A program made the translations under genes and the position numbers. A DNA stretch of 32,000 nucleotides from Wolbachia endosymbiont of Cimex lectularius (GTDB taxonomy: Bacteria > Pseudomonadota > Alphaproteobacteria > Rickettsiales > Anaplasmataceae), in NCBI RefSeq assembly GCF_000829315.1, contig NZ_AP013028.1:480001-512000 (forward strand), given 5' to 3'. Positions 28,563 to 32,000 of this stretch are shown piece after piece. Within the stretch, counting starts at the first letter, position 1. Each line of letters begins with the position of its first letter. Under the pieces are notes generated by a model. It saw nothing but the letters and a program-made list of their open reading frames with translations. It had not been told where the DNA came from and did not search any database.

Positions 28563-28969
28563 TAAGATTTCGCCCTCATCATTTTATGTGCACTCTTGCA
28601 TTTCGAGGGTATGGGTATACTCGGGGCTTTGTAAAAAATTATAGAAAGATAGCAAATAAGGTAATTACTGATCCCAATACTCAAATCAAGGTAGTTGGTG
28701 ATCTTGATAGTGTCTGCAGTGCTTGTCCACATCAGACTGAGCAAGGTGAGTGCACCACACAAGCTAAAGTCTTGGAGCTGGACAGAAGGCATATGGAAGT
28801 TTTAGAGATAAAAATTGGAGAGACTTTAACCTGGAACGAAGCAGTAAAAAGAATTAGAGAGAAAATGTCTTTAGAGAAATTTGACTACGCATGTGAGAAG
28901 TGCAACTGGCAACCATATGGAATGTGCAAAAGTGCCCTTTTGGATTGCCACCTCCACATAATGCGTTAA
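28559..28969 (+). CDS. DUF1284 domain protein (Cys-rich)
   Basis: The ATG at 28559 overlaps the bioY stop (ATGA). MIRFRPHHFMCTLAFRGYGY...CSACPH...C..C matches the DUF1284 pattern as I remember it. Confidence 0.7.
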   Translation: MIRFRPHHFMCTLAFRGYGYTRGFVKNYRKIANKVITDPNTQIKVVGDLDSVCSACPHQTEQGECTTQAKVLELDRRHMEVLEIKIGETLTWNEAVKRIREKMSLEKFDYACEKCNWQPYGMCKSALLDCHLHIMR

Positions 28970-29286
28970 TGAAGATATTGAGGTGAAAGAAGTCCACTTT
29001 TGGGAAAATGCCTGTGCTGCGCAGGAAAAAACAATTCATTTTCTTCTCCAGTAATACGTGGAGGAGCTTCTCCAATATCTGGAATTTCATCACGAAGGTT
29101 TTCAAGATCTTCTTGCAACTGCTTGAGATCCTTCACTAATCCTTCGTAATTTTCATCAACCTTCACAATCAGCTCATCAAGCCTACTTTTCTCCTCTGCT
29201 AGAGCATTACTTATACCAATTCCCACTACACAAGGAACAAGCAGACAACAGTGGAAAAAAGCTATAATGTCATCCAACAGAAACAA
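28966..29286 (-). CDS. Hypothetical membrane-anchored coiled-coil protein; start uncertain
   Basis: 106-aa ORF with no ATG (TTG start) whose 5' end lies inside the promoter repeat. It has a hydrophobic N-terminus followed by EEKSRLDELIVKVDENYEGLVKDLKQLQEDLENLRDE. It may be a remnant. Confidence 0.3.
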   Translation of the reverse strand: MFLLDDIIAFFHCCLLVPCVVGIGISNALAEEKSRLDELIVKVDENYEGLVKDLKQLQEDLENLRDEIPDIGEAPPRITGEENELFFPAQHRHFPKSGLLSPQYLH

Positions 29287-29294
29287 AAAAACTA

Positions 29295-29323
29295 CTTGAC
29301 AAGTTCCTTCAACCTCCTTATAA
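29295..29323 (+). promoter_or_regulatory. Consensus sigma70-type promoter inside a repeat (copy c)
   Basis: TTGACA (29295-29300), a 17-nt spacer, then TATAAT (29318-29323). The downstream block at 29330-29425 is homologous to 12098-12190. Confidence 0.55.
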
Positions 29324-29471
29324 TGATATTGAAGCTATTTGTTTATCTTCGCAATCTGTGCACCTCACGTCTTTTTAAAACTTCTGGTTTTTACCTATAC
29401 AAGCTCAAACGCGCTTATAAGTCATTTAAGACAGTATAGAACGTCAAATAGACAAGGGAGAATTTGAATAT

Positions 29472-29530
29472 TAGCTGCTCTAGGTTTCTTTTGCCTTTTC
29501 TCCTGCTGAGTAAATTTCTAAATATTTATG
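29472..29530 (+). repeat. TLR copy 8
   Basis: agctgctctAGGTTTCTTTTGCCTTTTCTCCTGCTGAGTAAATTTCTAAATA. Confidence 0.55.
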
Positions 29531-29600
29531 ACTAAAGTAGCATCCTGGATTCCAGTGTCCGCTACTTGGATGACAGGAGGGGGCGTCATTTCAGCTAGCA

Positions 29601-30223
29601 TCAGTTCCCTGGCGCCCTTGTCCTCATTGGTTGCTTCTTTACTGTTACACCACTTAAATAAAGTTCTGGGTTATCACTAGTAGTCTCTCGACTTTTCTTT
29701 TTTGTACCACCTAATATGTCAACAACTCTCATGTACCCTCGTCCTCTAGCAAGATCTGAAGGTATCAGACCACTATTATCTTTAGCGTAAATATTAGCTC
29801 CTTTATCAGTTAGAAGTCTAACAATTTCTAATTGACCACAATCAGCAGCGTAGTGTAGCAGTGTCCAACCATCTCTGTCAGCATCGTTAACGTCTATTCC
29901 TATATCTATAAAAAATTCTACAATGTTTTCATATCCATTTGTAATAGCATGATGTATAGGCTTATAATTGAAATTACTTTTAGCATATATATTAGCCCCT
30001 TTGCCAACCAGAAACTTTATAGTCTCTAGGTGATCATACATGGCAGCAAGATGTAGCAGTGTCCGACCACCATTATCGGCATCGTTAATGCTTATACCCT
30101 CCTTATTAAGGAAAAACCCTACAATATTTTTATGTCCACCTACAGTAGCACTTTGTATAGGCTTGTCACCAGAAATAGCATTTCTAACATGCACGTTAGC
30201 CCCTTTGCCAATCAGCGACCTTA
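29601..30223 (-). pseudogene. Ankyrin repeat protein, 3' part (IS-split)
   Basis: ANK repeats (...GRTLLHLAAMYDHLETIKFLVGKGANIYAK..., ...GWTLLHYAADCGQLEIVRLLTDKGANIYAK...). The frame is open up to the IS boundary. Confidence 0.85.
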
Positions 30224-31083
30224 GAACCTGTTTAAAATCTTGGAAATGTGAGGTAAAGTAAGCATAGATTAATAATGAGGTGTCTATGCAGAAAAGTTAT
30301 CCAAGTAATATAAGTCAAGAGCAGTTTGAAAAAATCAGGCCAATTTTGGAGAGTAGCAAGCAGAAAACAAAACCAAGAAAACTTGATTTGTATGACGTAT
30401 TTTGTGGGGTGTTGTACGTCTTAAAAAGTGGTTGTCAGTGGAGGATGTTACCAAAGGGTTTTCCAAGATGGGAAAGCGTATATTACTATTTTCGAGTGTG
30501 GAGTAAAAAGAATGGAGAAGAGCCAAGCTTGTTGGAATTAGTCTTAAAAAAAATTAGTTGGAGAGGTCCGTATCAGCAATGGTCGGAAAGAGAAAACTAG
30601 CTTTTGTATAATTGATTCTCAAAGCGTTAAAAACGCAGATACTGCTGAAAAAAAAGGCTATGATGCAGGTAAAAAGATTTCAGGGATAAAGCGCCATATT
30701 GCAGTTGATACACAAGGTTTGCCACATGCAATTTATGTAACAACGGCAGAAGCAACTGACCGTAGCAGTGCTGTGAAAATGGTCGAAAATGCTAAAGCAA
30801 ACCTCTCTGAAGTTAAAAACATACTGGTTGATGCTGGCTACACAGGAGAAAATTTTGCAACACAAATAAAAGCTATCATTGGTGCGACTGTTGAAGTAAT
30901 AAAGCGAAGTGAGTTACACACTTTCGTCGTATTGCCAAAAAGATGGGTTGTTGAACGCTCTTTTGCCTGGTTAGAAAAGTGCAGGCGATTGTGGAAAAAT
31001 TGCGAGCGGAAGCTCAACACTAGCTTACAGATGATAGTCCTCTCCTTCATTTCTCTCCTGTTACGAAGATTTTAAACAGGTTC
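30224..31083 (+). mobile_element. IS5-family insertion sequence copy 4, apparently intact
   Basis: Inverted repeats GAACCTGTTTAAAATCTT at both ends. TTA duplication at 30221-30223 and 31084-31086. Confidence 0.9.
30280..31075 (+). CDS. IS5-family transposase (orfA 30280-30600; orfB frame open to 31075; fusion needs a frameshift on the A8 run at 30546-30553)
   Basis: orfA is 106 aa. The frame one nt downstream reads [73 protein letters not shown]...DAGYTGENF...[20 protein letters not shown] without interruption. Confidence 0.85.
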
Positions 31084-31336
31084 TTACAGCCTCTAAGTGA
31101 CCATACATAGCAGCAACGTGTAAAGGTGTATAACCACAGCTATAACCGTTAATGTCATCGCCTTTATTTACAGAATATTTTATTGCTTCTAAATCGCCAT
31201 CTCTAGCAGCATTATGCAAAGGAGTATAAAACTCCTTATTATCCTTGGCATTGATGTTATCTTCATGAGACTTACGAACCCCACGAAACTTGTCCTGCTC
31301 TACAGTATTAGATAACTTACGATCAATTTTTCTCAT
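31084..31336 (-). pseudogene. Ankyrin repeat protein, 5' part (IS-split)
   Basis: MRKIDRKLSN...YTPLHNAARDGDLEAIKYSVNKGDDING...YTPLHVAAMYGHLEAV, then the sequence enters the IS inverted repeat. Confidence 0.85.
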
Positions 31337-31493
31337 AAACTCTTTAATGATATTAATCTTTCTTCAAACTATACGTTGTTACTGAATTATGCAAATTCTA
31401 GTGCCTACAATATAGATATTTCCTGTATACAACAACTTTTTTTGAAATTGTGAGTTTGAATTGATGGTAATTTTTATGCCGTCACACTCTGAG

Positions 31494-32000
31494 TTAGCCA
31501 GTGACTACTCTATTTCTGCCACTGTTTTTTGCTTTATATAGGTATCTGTCAGCGCGTACTATAAATTTTTTAATGTTATCAAGATCAGATTTTTGCATTT
31601 CTGCAATTCCAATGCTCACAGTCACACTATGAGTTGTGTTCTCGCCTGAGAGCACAAAAGGTTCTGTGGCAATAATTTCACGTATTCTCTCTGCAACAGT
31701 GTATGCATCTGATATATTGGTATCTGGCATTACTATAACAAATTCCTCACCACCAAACCTAGCTAGCAAATCCGTCACTCTGATATTCTCAGAAATTCTC
31801 TTCTGCATTTGCTTTAAAAACTCATCCCCAGCACTATGCCCAAAATCGTCATTTACTACCTTAAAATAGTCTATATCAAGTATCATAAGAGATAATCTTC
31901 TGTCCTTCTCTACAGAATCCTTAACAATGTTTTTCAAGTGCGCATCAAAATATCTTCTGTTATAACAGTTAGTTAGCGAATCCTTTATAGACATTTCTGC
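31494..32000 (-). CDS. GGDEF-domain diguanylate cyclase; 5' end lies beyond the window (possibly a PleD-type response regulator)
   Basis: ...DSLTNCYNRRYFD..., ...LMILDIDYFKVVNDDFGHSAGDEFLK..., ...ARFGGEEFVIVMPDT..., ...RADRYLYKAKNSGRNRV. The frame is open to position 32000. Confidence 0.88.
   Translation of the reverse strand, partial: AEMSIKDSLTNCYNRRYFDAHLKNIVKDSVEKDRRLSLMILDIDYFKVVNDDFGHSAGDEFLKQMQKRISENIRVTDLLARFGGEEFVIVMPDTNISDAYTVAERIREIIATEPFVLSGENTTHSVTVSIGIAEMQKSDLDNIKKFIVRADRYLYKAKNSGRNRVVTG

Noticed and set aside
1-32000. CRISPR arrays, rRNA genes, integrase/att sites, or a complete prophage
   Set aside because: No regularly spaced direct repeats with unique spacers were seen, and no rRNA-like sequence. 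No integrase, terminase, portal or tail-fibre genes are present. The phage genes that are present are isolated and mostly degraded.

Overview
AT-rich sequence whose gene content looks like a Wolbachia-type (Anaplasmataceae) endosymbiont: ankyrin-repeat genes, IS5-type insertion sequences, Rpn/PD-(D/E)XK paralogs, and the mraY, rnhB, dnaQ, secB, sucCD, dapF and bioY set. The organism call is inference from sequence only. The window has two parts. (1) A conserved housekeeping block at about 19.7-29.0 kb holds mraY, rnhB, an SCO1/SenC protein, dnaQ, a Tim44-like protein, secB, rpsU, sucC, sucD, dapF, a nitroreductase with an in-frame stop, bioY and a DUF1284 protein. (2) A heavily rearranged, decaying accessory region at 1-19.7 kb and 29-31.4 kb. 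It contains five copies of one 860-bp IS5-family element, one nested inside another. Three of them split genes: an HK97-type capsid gene, clpA and an ankyrin gene. It also holds a degraded GTA/HK97-like head-tail module, with frameshifted connector and DUF3168 genes, an intact TP901-1-type major tail gene, and a capsid gene carrying both an IS and a nonsense codon. There are four Rpn-family nuclease paralogs (two intact, two dead), each with its own promoter-like site and flanked by a recurrent T-rich repeat. Other features are two ankyrin-repeat genes, rmuC, a CDF transporter, tRNA-Val(GAC) and several orphan proteins. The least explained signal is a mosaic of short intergenic repeat modules. 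It includes three copies of a perfect or near-perfect TTGACA-17-TATAAT promoter, two followed by a conserved block of about 95 nt and a T-rich repeat, which suggests an sRNA or promoter-carrying MITE. The Rpn paralogs also carry an in-frame 12-bp tandem repeat present in 6, 4 or 2 units. Many of the lesions are 1-nt changes in or next to short homopolymer runs, so assembly error is a standing caveat.
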